A DNA stretch of 64,000 bases from Cyanobacteriota bacterium (GCA_046045965.1 JBJOKS010000008.1:1-64000); one strand, 5' to 3'; shown: positions 1 to 9,891, counted from the first letter of the stretch. The notes: generated from the sequence alone by a model not told the origin. Numbers and translations are program-made.

Positions 1-21
1 AAATACTGGAGAGAATCATGA
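1..21 (+). CDS. C-terminal end (KYWRES*) of a probable DUF4258-family toxin, cut by the window edge
   Basis: Frame 1 reads aaa tac tgg aga gaa tca tga; its stop overlaps the next ATG (ATGA), as is typical of DUF4258-DUF2283 pairs. Confidence 0.45.
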   Translation, partial: KYWRES

Positions 22-218
22 AAATTACCTACGACGCAGAAGTTGATGTTTTAAGAATTATATTCAGCAATGTGCCAATTGAAGAAAGTGATGAAGAAAA
101 ACCAGGAATCATTTTAGATTATGACGACGCTGGAAATATTATAGGAATTGAAATAATAGACGCTTCTAAACGTATTGATAATCCCTGTTCAGTTGAGTAT
201 TCTGTTAGTAATTCTTAG
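18..218 (+). CDS. DUF2283 domain protein (putative antitoxin)
   Basis: MKITYDAEVDVLRIIF...GIILDYDDAGNIIGIEIIDAS matches the DUF2283 pattern. Confidence 0.85.
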   Translation: MKITYDAEVDVLRIIFSNVPIEESDEEKPGIILDYDDAGNIIGIEIIDASKRIDNPCSVEYSVSNS

Positions 219-288
219 GTTGAGTTGACATAAAAGCACCATTTGTATTAAATGAGAAGATTAACAACAGAAGTCGGGAATCTGAATT

Positions 289-488
289 TTGTCAGCATCA
301 GGATAACCAGGATTAAAGGATGTACAGGATGGTAATTTTCAGATTGTTTATTATCATTGGAAAACAATAATCAAAAAACATCCTCAAAATCCCCAACATC
401 AAAAAAACAATCATTCAATCACATCCTGAAAATCCTAAAATCCTGGACATTATCTCGACTTCGCTCGATAACCACCTGATTCAGACAA
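289..488. mobile_element. MITE-like element with imperfect ~43-bp terminal inverted repeats and a 24-nt insertion in the right arm
   Basis: Left arm ttgtcagcatcaggataaccaggattaaaggatgtacaggatg pairs with right arm catcctgaaaatcctaaaatcctggacat[451-474]cctgattcagacaa. Confidence 0.65.
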
Positions 489-497
489 TTAAAAAAC

Positions 498-1892
498 TTA
501 TTTACCAATACAAAACCTACTAAAAATCCGATCTAAAACCGATTCCGTCACCTCCTCACCCGTTATTTCTCCCAACGCATAAATCGCACCTCGTAAATCA
601 ATAGTCCAAAAATCTAAAGGTAATTGATTTTTAATTGTTTCTTGCACCCGTACTAAATCAATCTTCGCTTTTGTTAATGCTGCTGCTTGTCTTTGATTAA
701 TAGCTAAATCCATATTAGCAGCTTCCACATTTCCAACTTCCACGCTTTCCAAAATTGCTGTTTCTAAATCATCAATACCTTGATTTTTTGCAGCAGCAGT
801 TTCAATTTTAGATTTTGGATTTTGGATTTTAGATTTTAGAGTTTGTTTTTCTGCTTCGGAAATGAGGTCAATTTTATTAATTACTAATATCAAAGGACGG
901 TGTTTTACTTGTTCATAAATTTCTTGATCTGCATCTGTCCAACCCACAGAACCATCAATAGTAAATAATACTAAATCAGCATTATTAGCAGCTTGACGCG
1001 ATCGCTCTACCCCTATCTTCTCAACCTGATCAACAGTTTCCCTAATACCCGCAGTATCCAAAACCTGAATAGGTATTCCCCCCACAACTAACTGTGATTC
1101 TACCACATCACGGGTTGTACCAGGTAAGTCCGTAACAATAGCGCGATCGCTCTGACTCCAAGCATTTAATAAACTTGATTTTCCCACATTCGGACGACCA
1201 ACAATGGCAACTTTTAACCCCGTTCGCAATAATTCACCTTTATCTTTTGTCGCTAATAATTGATTAATTTCTAAACTAATTTGATCAATTTCATTAATAA
1301 TTCTTTGTTCATCTAAAGGTGGTAAATCTTCTTCAAAATCAATTCTCGCTTCAATTTCTGCTAAAATATCTAAACATTGAGATCGTAAATTTCTAATCGG
1401 TTGCGCTAATTTTCCCCGTAAACCTGCTAATGCTGTTTGTGCTGCTTGGGGAGATTTTGCACCTACTAAGTCTGCAATACTTTCTGCTTGGGTTAAATCT
1501 AATCTACCATTTAAAAATGCTCTTAATGTAAATTCTCCCGGTTGTGCTAATCTCGCACCATTTTCTAAACATAGTTGCAATACTTGTTGCACGGCCATAA
1601 TTCCCCCGTGACAATGGAACTCTACCACATCTTCACGGGTAAAAGAACGGGGCGCTTTCATAATCAACAATAAAGCCTCATCAATAACTTGCTTAGTTTG
1701 AGGTTGACGGATAAAACCATAAAGGATGCGGTGACTTTCCCAAGGTTGTTTTCCCGGTGCATAAAATAGAGTTTGAGCGATCGCCAAAGCTTGATCACCA
1801 GAAACCCGCACAATACCTACACTACCTTGTTGGGGGACAACAGCAGTAGCGATCGCCGCAATCGTTCCAGTATGAGTTAATAATTCTGACAT
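498..1892 (-). CDS. mnmE: tRNA modification GTPase MnmE (TrmE)
   Basis: TIAAIAT N-terminus, [10 protein letters not shown]1, PGTTRD G2, DTAG G3, NKID G4, C-terminal FCIGK. Confidence 0.98.
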   Translation of the reverse strand: MSELLTHTGTIAAIATAVVPQQGSVGIVRVSGDQALAIAQTLFYAPGKQPWESHRILYGFIRQPQTKQVIDEALLLIMKAPRSFTREDVVEFHCHGGIMAVQQVLQLCLENGARLAQPGEFTLRAFLNGRLDLTQAESIADLVGAKSPQAAQTALAGLRGKLAQPIRNLRSQCLDILAEIEARIDFEEDLPPLDEQRIINEIDQISLEINQLLATKDKGELLRTGLKVAIVGRPNVGKSSLLNAWSQSDRAIVTDLPGTTRDVVESQLVVGGIPIQVLDTAGIRETVDQVEKIGVERSRQAANNADLVLFTIDGSVGWTDADQEIYEQVKHRPLILVINKIDLISEAEKQTLKSKIQNPKSKIETAAAKNQGIDDLETAILESVEVGNVEAANMDLAINQRQAAALTKAKIDLVRVQETIKNQLPLDFWTIDLRGAIYALGEITGEEVTESVLDRIFSRFCIGK

Positions 1893-2013
1893 AGGAGTTT
1901 AGGTAACAGGTGACAGTGAACGGTGAACAGTGAACAGTAATAACTGACTGACAACGTTAATAGTAATATTTATCTAAAAGGTAATAAAGCCGTACTTTAG
2001 AGAGGAATTTACT

Positions 2014-2214
2014 GTGGAACAAACAATTAACTGCGCTGAGGCTTGCGTTAATGGTTGTATTTTAGGCGATAAATGCCCCAATCTCGAAGCTAGAGCAGCA
2101 GCATCTAAGTTTATTGAAGAGACTTCTTTAGATCAAATGCTAGAAATGGCAGAAGAAAGACTGCGGAAAAAAATGATGGAACCGCCAAAATGGGTATTTC
2201 CTGAAGACGTTTAA
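2014..2214 (+). CDS. Small conserved cyanobacterial protein with a Cys cluster
   Basis: GAGGA RBS before GTG; C-x3-C-x3-C-x5-C motif. Confidence 0.75.
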   Translation: MEQTINCAEACVNGCILGDKCPNLEARAAASKFIEETSLDQMLEMAEERLRKKMMEPPKWVFPEDV

Positions 2215-2236
2215 TAGACATTTAACGGAAATGATG

Positions 2237-2283
2237 GTAGGGATAATTCATGTAGCTTGCTTCCCACAGGGTATTGTCCCTAC
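2237..2283. repeat. REP-like palindrome (gtagggataat...attgtccctac) interrupted by an SDR-like ~20-nt insert
   Basis: Arms gtaggga/tccctac enclose tagcttgcttcccacagggt. Confidence 0.6.
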
Positions 2284-2317
2284 AACTTTTTCGGATATAT
2301 CTAATATTATTTTTTGG

Positions 2318-3079
2318 TTAAATAGTATCTGGATCAACACCTAATTCTCTCAACTTGGCCGCCAAGCGATCGCTACATCTTTTTTCCTCCTCAGCACGTT
2401 GTTTTTCATATTCAGCACGTCTCCTTTCTTGTTCTGCACGCCTATTCTCTCTTTCAGCCCGTTCTTGTTCCAATCTTGCCACTTCGGAAGGTGTAGGAAC
2501 TAACACACCCGCATCAGTAAAAAAGCGTAATTTATTTTCCTCAACCGCCAAAAATAACCCTAACTGCTGACTCCATAACCAACCTTGATCATTAGGTTCT
2601 ATAGGTTCATACTTCCCAGCTAAAAGCACAAACCCCGCAAACTCCAAATTTTGAGGATCAAACCAAAAATATTCCGGTGTTCTAAAAATATCTTGGTAAA
2701 TTTGCTTTTTCAAACCCCGATCAGTATTAGCGGTAGAATCTGATAACAGTTCTACAATCACATTAGGATACTTACCATCCTCTTCCCACACTACCCAACT
2801 TTTACGCAGTTTACGTTCAGTATCCAGAACCACAAAAAAATCTGGACCCCGGAAATATTCAGACTTCAACTGACGAGGACTGTAATAAATCGTAACATTC
2901 CCAGAGGCATAGAAATTATTTCTATTTTGCCACAACCATTCAAGACATTGAATGAGCAGCATCATTTGTTCTCGGTGAAAGTCAGTTTCCAAAGGTGGTT
3001 CATCACTGTATAAATCTCCTGGAGGAAATATAACATCTTCTGTAACGGGAATTTCTGGAATTTCTTGGATCAGAGTCAT
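2318..3079 (-). CDS. Uma2 family (DUF820) putative endonuclease with coiled-coil tail
   Basis: SDEPPLET, GPDFFVV, PNVIVELLSDST..D...K, PEYFWFDP, LAAKLRELGVDPD. Confidence 0.92.
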   Translation of the reverse strand: MTLIQEIPEIPVTEDVIFPPGDLYSDEPPLETDFHREQMMLLIQCLEWLWQNRNNFYASGNVTIYYSPRQLKSEYFRGPDFFVVLDTERKLRKSWVVWEEDGKYPNVIVELLSDSTANTDRGLKKQIYQDIFRTPEYFWFDPQNLEFAGFVLLAGKYEPIEPNDQGWLWSQQLGLFLAVEENKLRFFTDAGVLVPTPSEVARLEQERAERENRRAEQERRRAEYEKQRAEEEKRCSDRLAAKLRELGVDPDTI

Positions 3080-3145
3080 GGTAATAAGTGATTTAGAAAT
3101 AAAGGGGTTAAGTCTAATGTAACACTACCTACTTGTTTATAGAAT

Positions 3146-4714
3146 TTAATCTACATATTTAATATTTAAACTTTCCACAAATTCACGTTCTTTAAATTTT
3201 AAATACTCATCTCTTTGAGAAACAAAATCATCTATTTTACCCTGGTTATATAAAGTAACCATCTCTTCTGTTATAAAATGCTTTTCTAAAACATCAGGAT
3301 CATTATTGTTAATAAAATTAGCTAATGTTTTTTTATCAGGTGCTTGATCAAATTCAGAAGATAATCTTAAAATGATATTTCCTGGAGTTCTATCTTTCTT
3401 AGAAGAAATAAAAATTTCTTTTATTCCTTCCATATCTTGAGGTTCACTATTACCAAGAATTGATTTTAAATAAAATAATTGTAATGCTTTCGGTCTGACT
3501 CCTGTAAAATTCAATTTACTTGGATACTTAGATGTACTAAATTCCATATCCTCATTAACTCTATAAATTCCATCATTGTGTTCTCCCTTAGCAAATTGGC
3601 AAAATATTTCATAAGCGGTTCTATGCTGACTAATAGAATAGATAGTAAAATAATTAGAATAGGTAGTTATCCAAAACCAATTTTTTAACAATTGCAATTC
3701 TGCAACTGTAGGATCTGGATTTAATCTAAAATATTCAGATATAAAAATTAATTGAGCAGGATATGGTAACAAACGGATATCTATTACACATAAATTTTTA
3801 TATAAAAACAGTACGGCTTTCTTTATGTGTATATAAACATTTTGGGTCAAAGATTCTAAATCTTGTTTCTTGAGTAATTCTTCTATTTTGACATAATAAT
3901 AAATTTTTCCAGTCGCAGTAGAGATACAATCTAAAACAGTATCTCTTTTTAAAGCATCAAAATTATAAACATTTAAAGTATTAAGAAATTCAGTAATTGA
4001 TTCATTAAGAAAAAATCCTGTTTTCTCATTATAACTCAATGCTGATAACATAAAATCTTCAGAAATTTCTGTTCCTGTAGAATTTACCCTAGAAAAAATT
4101 TCTACAGCACTTTTGATATCTCCTCCTTTTATCTCTACATAAGGTAATTTATATTTATGTAAAATATTATGCAAATTTCTTGCATTATCAATATATTGAT
4201 TTTTTTCAATTTCTGGAATATCTTCTTTATCTAATTCACGCAGCAAATTAAATAATTCACGATTATCATAAATTTGATAAAGAGGACTTGAAAAAATATT
4301 CTTATCTTTTTTATTTCGGATATAGATAAATCTATTTTCTCTAATGTCGAAATAGATCAAAAAATCCCTCAATTCATTTTCGTTTACTGTTAAAAATTCT
4401 TGAGGATTCATCAAAGCACCAAACAAAGTGGATATTCTTTGAAATCCATCTAAGACATATATAGTTTCTCTATTTTCTTTGTTTATTATATAGGGACCTA
4501 TTTGATTCTTGGTTTTATATCCTGTAGTATTCCAAAATAATAAACTACCTATAGGATAACCTTTCAAAATGCTATCAAATAATTCTAGCATTTGAGAAGT
4601 CTTCCAAACAAATTCTCTTTGAAAGATAGGGATTTTATATGCTCCATTAGCTATATCATTTAATAGGTCTTCCAGAAATATGGTGTCAGGTTTAATAGTG
4701 ATTTTATCATTCAT
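3146..4714 (-). CDS. DUF262 (ParB/GmrSD-like) domain protein
   Basis: IPIFQREFVW, SILKGYPIGSLLFW, VLDGFQRISTL and IFSRVNSTG are DUF262 motifs. Confidence 0.9.
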   Translation of the reverse strand: MNDKITIKPDTIFLEDLLNDIANGAYKIPIFQREFVWKTSQMLELFDSILKGYPIGSLLFWNTTGYKTKNQIGPYIINKENRETIYVLDGFQRISTLFGALMNPQEFLTVNENELRDFLIYFDIRENRFIYIRNKKDKNIFSSPLYQIYDNRELFNLLRELDKEDIPEIEKNQYIDNARNLHNILHKYKLPYVEIKGGDIKSAVEIFSRVNSTGTEISEDFMLSALSYNEKTGFFLNESITEFLNTLNVYNFDALKRDTVLDCISTATGKIYYYVKIEELLKKQDLESLTQNVYIHIKKAVLFLYKNLCVIDIRLLPYPAQLIFISEYFRLNPDPTVAELQLLKNWFWITTYSNYFTIYSISQHRTAYEIFCQFAKGEHNDGIYRVNEDMEFSTSKYPSKLNFTGVRPKALQLFYLKSILGNSEPQDMEGIKEIFISSKKDRTPGNIILRLSSEFDQAPDKKTLANFINNNDPDVLEKHFITEEMVTLYNQGKIDDFVSQRDEYLKFKEREFVESLNIKYVD

Positions 4715-5763
4715 ATTATTTTCGCTATTTTTAGTAAAATTTGTTCAAGTTCAGAAATTTCCTCTATTTTTCCATCAGGTAATTCAATTTTCACTTTGTG
4801 ATGTTCGCATCTTTGTTCCAGTAGTCGGTAAGAAAAATTACCAAGGAACATTTCAGGAAATTCGGTTTTTATTGTTTTTTCACCTATTCCTATATTATTA
4901 TAATTGTACTCTATAAAATCTAAATCATCTGTGTTTGTATTTTTTAAATCATTTTTCTGAGTTGCGGTTATCTCTGGAAATTTATCAAACAATATATCTA
5001 AAGGAATATAATTTTCTAACTCTTTTTTGTATAAAATATGCCATATAATCAAATCGTGATCTTCATAGATGATATCATTTTCACTTGGAGGATTACTGAT
5101 TTCTCGGTTTTTTAAAAATTCAATCAGTTTTTTGTATTTTCGTGCATTAAAATCATCATCAGAATTTTTATCACTATCAAAAAGAGCCATTAACTTATAT
5201 TTATATATATTAAAATAACGAGGAGCATTCATCCAGTGTTGTATTCTTTTTTGTATTTCTCCACTTCCACCAGCATTATCAAATTCTATAATTTCTCTTT
5301 TGATAGCATTACTTATTAATACATAAATAGAACGTCTTTTTTTAGAACTACTATACTTTTGGGAAATTCCTTCAATAAACTTACGATCATTAATTCCATT
5401 TTCTACAATTATTGTAGAACGCTCTGTCAGAATTTTATAAGCATTCCTGGGGTGTATTTCTCCCGCATCAGTTCCAATAGTTATACGAGTAAGATAGGTT
5501 CTATATAATACAGGAATGGGTTCAAGAATTTTTTTCTCAAAATATTCTTTTAAAGATTTTCTGTCGAGTTTAGATAAGCAATTTTCATAAATATCATTTT
5601 TATAAAAAATATATTCATTTTTATCATCAAAGAAAATTTTGCTAATGCTTGTAGCATCTATAAAATGATTATTCTCAGTCAATTTAACTAATATTTTAGC
5701 TAAATCAGATTGAATTTCTAAATTTTGATTCTGAAAAATGGCAGGGTTGAAAGATATGATCAT
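4711..5763 (-). CDS. Putative OLD/TOPRIM-like nuclease
   Basis: IIVENGIND (TOPRIM Glu), AGG loop, LFDSD (DxD) and KKELENYIP (OLD-type helical motif); ATGA overlap with the DUF262 gene. Confidence 0.6.
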   Translation of the reverse strand: MIISFNPAIFQNQNLEIQSDLAKILVKLTENNHFIDATSISKIFFDDKNEYIFYKNDIYENCLSKLDRKSLKEYFEKKILEPIPVLYRTYLTRITIGTDAGEIHPRNAYKILTERSTIIVENGINDRKFIEGISQKYSSSKKRRSIYVLISNAIKREIIEFDNAGGSGEIQKRIQHWMNAPRYFNIYKYKLMALFDSDKNSDDDFNARKYKKLIEFLKNREISNPPSENDIIYEDHDLIIWHILYKKELENYIPLDILFDKFPEITATQKNDLKNTNTDDLDFIEYNYNNIGIGEKTIKTEFPEMFLGNFSYRLLEQRCEHHKVKIELPDGKIEEISELEQILLKIAKII

Positions 5764-5782
5764 ATTGATATCCTGGGTATAT

Positions 5783-7003
5783 CTATTGTTCTTCTTCTTT
5801 TCTTCTCAGTGCTTTTTGCATTTCTAATATTTCTTTCATACCTTCATTAAAAACACCTTCTGGCCACTCAGTTAGAACCCCATCCTCCTCAACAGTTATT
5901 TCCCGTAGTTCTTTACCTTTCAACTCAGCATCTTCTATCCAGTAAATTATTAAATCATCTTTGGTAAAACCAAAATCATTTTCAACAACTAATTTCCGCA
6001 AGCGCAAGATTATATTTTCAGAATGGGTTTCAATAATAAAAGTCTGATTATTTTCCTTTGCTGACTTTGCAAATAGTTCAGCTAAATCACCATGTGCAGC
6101 AGGATGTAAATGTAATTCTGGTTGTTCTAAAACAATTATTGAATCAGGTCTATCAGTAACATTAGCACGAACAACTAAAGGTAATGCTTGATTCATTCCT
6201 TGTCCTACATCCATAATATTTACTTCAGTATCATTTTTAGTAAGTAGAATTTGGATAAGAGGTCTTTTACTTGTATCATCTACTATCAATTCCCAACCGT
6301 CAAAATGGTCTTTGTACCACTCTCCTACCTTCTCATACAACTTATCTTTTTTCTCTAATTTACTGACTCCAAGCATTATATAAGCATTTTCACCTGTAAT
6401 ACCTGTATCTCTAAATTTTGTCTTTCCAGTTAAAGAAAAGCATCTTTGAGGCAAAATTCTAAAAGGTCCAATATAATCTACATCAATTTGGGGGATTTTA
6501 AAATTTACAGATAAATTTTCATTTGTACCTTCTTTTATAAATTCCTTGGGTATAAAACCTTTAAATTCACAATCATAAAATTCCTGATCAATATCGTTAA
6601 CGTAAGAAAAAGCAAAGGATTTCAGATCAAATTCCTCTATATTATCTTTATATTTCCATTGCCAAATATCTAAACCATAGCCATCTGTTTTTTTAAGTAA
6701 CCCAACTTCTATTTGTATATTATTATCAAATATAATTTGAAAATTTAAACTAATTCCTCCAGGGTTATTATCAGGGAATAAATTATCAAAATCTGCACCT
6801 AATTCCACTCCGTTATTTTTTAATAACAGAGGTTCATCTATATCTCCCTTGAGCGAAGTTTCCAGCAAAGTAAACAGTTTAGCAATAGAACTTTTACCAG
6901 AACTATTTTTACCAATCAAAATAGTAATTGGTTTTAATTGCATCGTCTGTTTTTCATAAAATGCTTTGTAATTTTCAAAGGATACTGATTTTATTCTTAC
7001 CAT
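5783..7003 (-). CDS. ABC/AAA_21 ATPase with C-terminal DUF3696
   Basis: SFENYKAF, Walker A GKNSSGKS, signature VGQGMNQ, Walker B LEQPELHLHP, H-loop ETHS, C-terminal WPEGVF. Confidence 0.9.
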   Translation of the reverse strand: MVRIKSVSFENYKAFYEKQTMQLKPITILIGKNSSGKSSIAKLFTLLETSLKGDIDEPLLLKNNGVELGADFDNLFPDNNPGGISLNFQIIFDNNIQIEVGLLKKTDGYGLDIWQWKYKDNIEEFDLKSFAFSYVNDIDQEFYDCEFKGFIPKEFIKEGTNENLSVNFKIPQIDVDYIGPFRILPQRCFSLTGKTKFRDTGITGENAYIMLGVSKLEKKDKLYEKVGEWYKDHFDGWELIVDDTSKRPLIQILLTKNDTEVNIMDVGQGMNQALPLVVRANVTDRPDSIIVLEQPELHLHPAAHGDLAELFAKSAKENNQTFIIETHSENIILRLRKLVVENDFGFTKDDLIIYWIEDAELKGKELREITVEEDGVLTEWPEGVFNEGMKEILEMQKALRRKEEEQ

Positions 7004-7052
7004 GATTAATAAACCTTATAAATTTATACTCGGATTCTCTGAAATGAATTAT

Positions 7053-7087
7053 GAGAAGTAATCATCATCATTGATATGATACTTCTC
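7053..7087. terminator. Inverted repeat between the muiA-family gene and the ATPase (terminator or operator)
   Basis: gagaagta-atcat...atga-tacttctc. Confidence 0.4.
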
Positions 7088-7130
7088 CTTGTATTTACTC
7101 TGTATTTGTAAATGAAGTACGTTTATTCCT

Positions 7131-8759
7131 TTATATATCCAACCCCAAAACCGTTATCTCTGGTGGATGCTCTACCGTAAACTGATAATAAATCTCCTGC
7201 TGTTCCTGCGCTCCCAGCACCAAATCCCATTCTAAAATACCCATTTCTCCCAACTGAATCTGCGGGTTAGAACGAATCAAACGCACCTTAATTTGTTCAT
7301 TCCTACTCACTGGTAATTGTTCAGTTAACTTCAAATTTGCAGCTTGATTTAATAAATTAGTCACAATTATCCGATAAGCATAAGTCACCCGACGTTGGTT
7401 ACTCATTAATTTCTTATCTACCTGACGTTCCACTAAATCACGCTCAATTTTTACCCCTTCATCTATACCCAAATTAATCTTAAATTCCTGTCCCGGAGCA
7501 ATATTTGTTAATTGAGTTTCACCGACAAAAATCGTATCCCGAAAAATATTTGCCTTCCCTGCTAATAAAATTGCTCCATCAGCGGGATTTTTCACCTGAG
7601 CTTGTAAATATGCAAAACTCACTAAACGCGGTATTCCTACATAATTAAAATTACAAGAATAATCTGCTTGAAAAATTGTAGTTTTATGAGGTGTTCCATC
7701 TGTGGGAATATGACCACAACTATTCAGTTTAAATGTCACCACACTACCTTGTTTAGATATTTCTGTAATGACTGTTTCCGCATCAATTAAATAGTCTTCA
7801 TTTTCTTCTTTGATTGATTTTGGCGCACTGGGAACAGGAGGTAAAAGCACTCCCATAGCTGGAGGAGGAGACATAGAACGCTGAACAGCAATAGGATCGT
7901 TAGCACTGAATCTGGGAATGTCAATATACCAAGGTTTTAGTTTAGGTGGTAATGAACCTAAACCCAATTTAGCTGTAGAAAGCGTCAAAGGTACATCGAT
8001 CCAATCTTCCCCTGTGGTTTGGTTGACTTCTGCTAAATAAGTTAAATGCAGAATGTTATTTTTACTATCAACCCGTAAATCATAAATGGGTTTCCAACTA
8101 GCACGGTTGACCACATAAGAAATTTCTAATTCAAATTCACCAGATCCAGACACCTCAACTTCAACAATTACATTTAAGCTTTCTTTGGGATGTGGTGTTT
8201 GAGTTTTTTGTAATGTAGCGCGAAGAGCTTGTAATTGTTTTTCTAATTCCTGTTGTTGAGTTTTACATTCTCCAGCAGCGATCGCATATTCGCTATACTG
8301 ACTACCGATAAAATTCAGAAAATCCAAAGTTTCACTCAAACTCAGATTTTTCCGTGACAAACTCTGAGCAAAAGGTTCTTCGGTCTTTTCCCCTAAACCA
8401 GTAATAAAACTAGATTGTAATGCCAAAGCATCAATTTGAGCTTGGAGATGGCGTTTTTCTGCTTCTAGTTGCTGAATTTGTCTAGTCAACTGTGCTACTC
8501 TTTCCGCCACTGGTTCAGTAGTATAAATGCGATCGCTGCTTACCCCCAACAACCGCACCCCTACTGTACCAGTACCACTCACCCGCACAGACTCAGTTTC
8601 CAGAGTTACAGGCAATGGTGTAATTAATAACTCTCGTTCTTCTCCTGTTAAAGAGATGACACCTCGTCTTGTAACTAGAGCTTTGTCACCATAGACTGTG
8701 ACACCAACAATCTGGCTTTGTATTGTTTTACGCCAAGATGATACTTCTGGGTTAATCAT
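7131..8759 (-). CDS. Mucoidy inhibitor MuiA family protein (DUF4140/DUF4139)
   Basis: VTVYGDKALVTRRG N-terminus, coiled coil, ASWKPIYDLRV, QTTGEDW..V.LTLSTA. Confidence 0.9.
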   Translation of the reverse strand: MINPEVSSWRKTIQSQIVGVTVYGDKALVTRRGVISLTGEERELLITPLPVTLETESVRVSGTGTVGVRLLGVSSDRIYTTEPVAERVAQLTRQIQQLEAEKRHLQAQIDALALQSSFITGLGEKTEEPFAQSLSRKNLSLSETLDFLNFIGSQYSEYAIAAGECKTQQQELEKQLQALRATLQKTQTPHPKESLNVIVEVEVSGSGEFELEISYVVNRASWKPIYDLRVDSKNNILHLTYLAEVNQTTGEDWIDVPLTLSTAKLGLGSLPPKLKPWYIDIPRFSANDPIAVQRSMSPPPAMGVLLPPVPSAPKSIKEENEDYLIDAETVITEISKQGSVVTFKLNSCGHIPTDGTPHKTTIFQADYSCNFNYVGIPRLVSFAYLQAQVKNPADGAILLAGKANIFRDTIFVGETQLTNIAPGQEFKINLGIDEGVKIERDLVERQVDKKLMSNQRRVTYAYRIIVTNLLNQAANLKLTEQLPVSRNEQIKVRLIRSNPQIQLGEMGILEWDLVLGAQEQQEIYYQFTVEHPPEITVLGLDI

Positions 8760-8782
8760 TGCCAGTTTTCCACCATGTTTAA

Positions 8783-8826
8783 CAGTTATCAGTTATCAGT
8801 TACCAGTTATCAGTTATCAGTTACCA
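8783..8826. repeat. Heptamer tandem repeat (CAGTTAT/CAGTTAC)n
   Basis: Direct reading. Confidence 0.9.
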
Positions 8827-8915
8827 CTGTTACTTTTTGACTGTTCCCTGGTTTAATGGTTCTGTTGGTTAATTGTCAATGGTTTGCGGTTGCACCGTCA
8901 AGAAGGAAGGCAGTT

Positions 8916-9851
8916 TTAGTTGTAAACTTTATCCGTTATAAGAGGAAAAATATCCTGCTCCCCAATTTTCTTTGCAGCCTCTAGCAGATACTCATAATAA
9001 GTACGAGCAACAATAGATAACTGTTTACCTGCTGGATAAGCTATGTACCAAATTCGCTTAATGGGAAAATGCTGCACATCCAAAATGCTGAACTCATGAG
9101 CATCTGTCAGCAAGGTATGACGAGATAAAACCGAAATTCCTAAACCTCCGGCGATTGCTTGTTTAATCGCTTCATTACTCCCTAATTCCAACTTCACCTT
9201 TACCTTTACCCCATGTTCATCAAAGAGAGACTGGACAGCGCGACGAGTTCCAGAACCTGGTTCGCGCATAATAAACGGTTCCTCTGCCAACCGTTCGATG
9301 GGAATATTTTTTTCCTTTGCTAAGGGATGACCAGCAGGTGCAAAAACCACCAAAGGATTTTCTAAAAAAGGCTCGAAATTGATATCCAGATGATCTGGAA
9401 CTTGGCTCATAATATACAAGTCATCCAGATTACCAATCATCCGCTCCAAAATCCGTTCATGATTCGTCACTTGCAGCGAAATATCAATTCCCGGATAAAG
9501 TTGGCAAAATGGACCCAACAAACGCGGAATAATATATTTCGCTGTGGTAATTACCGCCAAGCGTAATTGACCTTGTTTTAACCCTTTTAAATCTGCCACG
9601 GTCATTTCAAATTGGGATATTGTCTCAAAAATCTGACGACAAGTGGCAAATAACTCCCGACCCGCTTCTGTCAAAAATAAGCGTTTTCCCACCTGTTCAA
9701 ACAATGGCAACCCTACCGATTTTGTCAATTGCTTGATTTGCATCGATACGGTAGGTTGGGTGAGAAATAATTCTTCAGCAGCACGAGTAAAGCTACCGTG
9801 CCGTGCAGCGGCCTCGAACACCTTCAACTGGTGCAACGTCGCTTGGTTCAA
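8916..9851 (-). CDS. cmpR: CbbR-subfamily LysR regulator of carbon uptake (CmpR/NdhR type)
   Basis: ATLHQLKVF...SFTRAAEELFLTQPTVS HTH, MREPGSGTR, LGSNEAIKQ; lies downstream of ccmO. cmpR versus ndhR cannot be fully resolved by eye. Confidence 0.75.
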   Translation of the reverse strand: MNQATLHQLKVFEAAARHGSFTRAAEELFLTQPTVSMQIKQLTKSVGLPLFEQVGKRLFLTEAGRELFATCRQIFETISQFEMTVADLKGLKQGQLRLAVITTAKYIIPRLLGPFCQLYPGIDISLQVTNHERILERMIGNLDDLYIMSQVPDHLDINFEPFLENPLVVFAPAGHPLAKEKNIPIERLAEEPFIMREPGSGTRRAVQSLFDEHGVKVKVKLELGSNEAIKQAIAGGLGISVLSRHTLLTDAHEFSILDVQHFPIKRIWYIAYPAGKQLSIVARTYYEYLLEAAKKIGEQDIFPLITDKVYN

Positions 9852-9891
9852 GGTGATTCTCCTCTAATAGCAATTCGTAGACATATATTTA

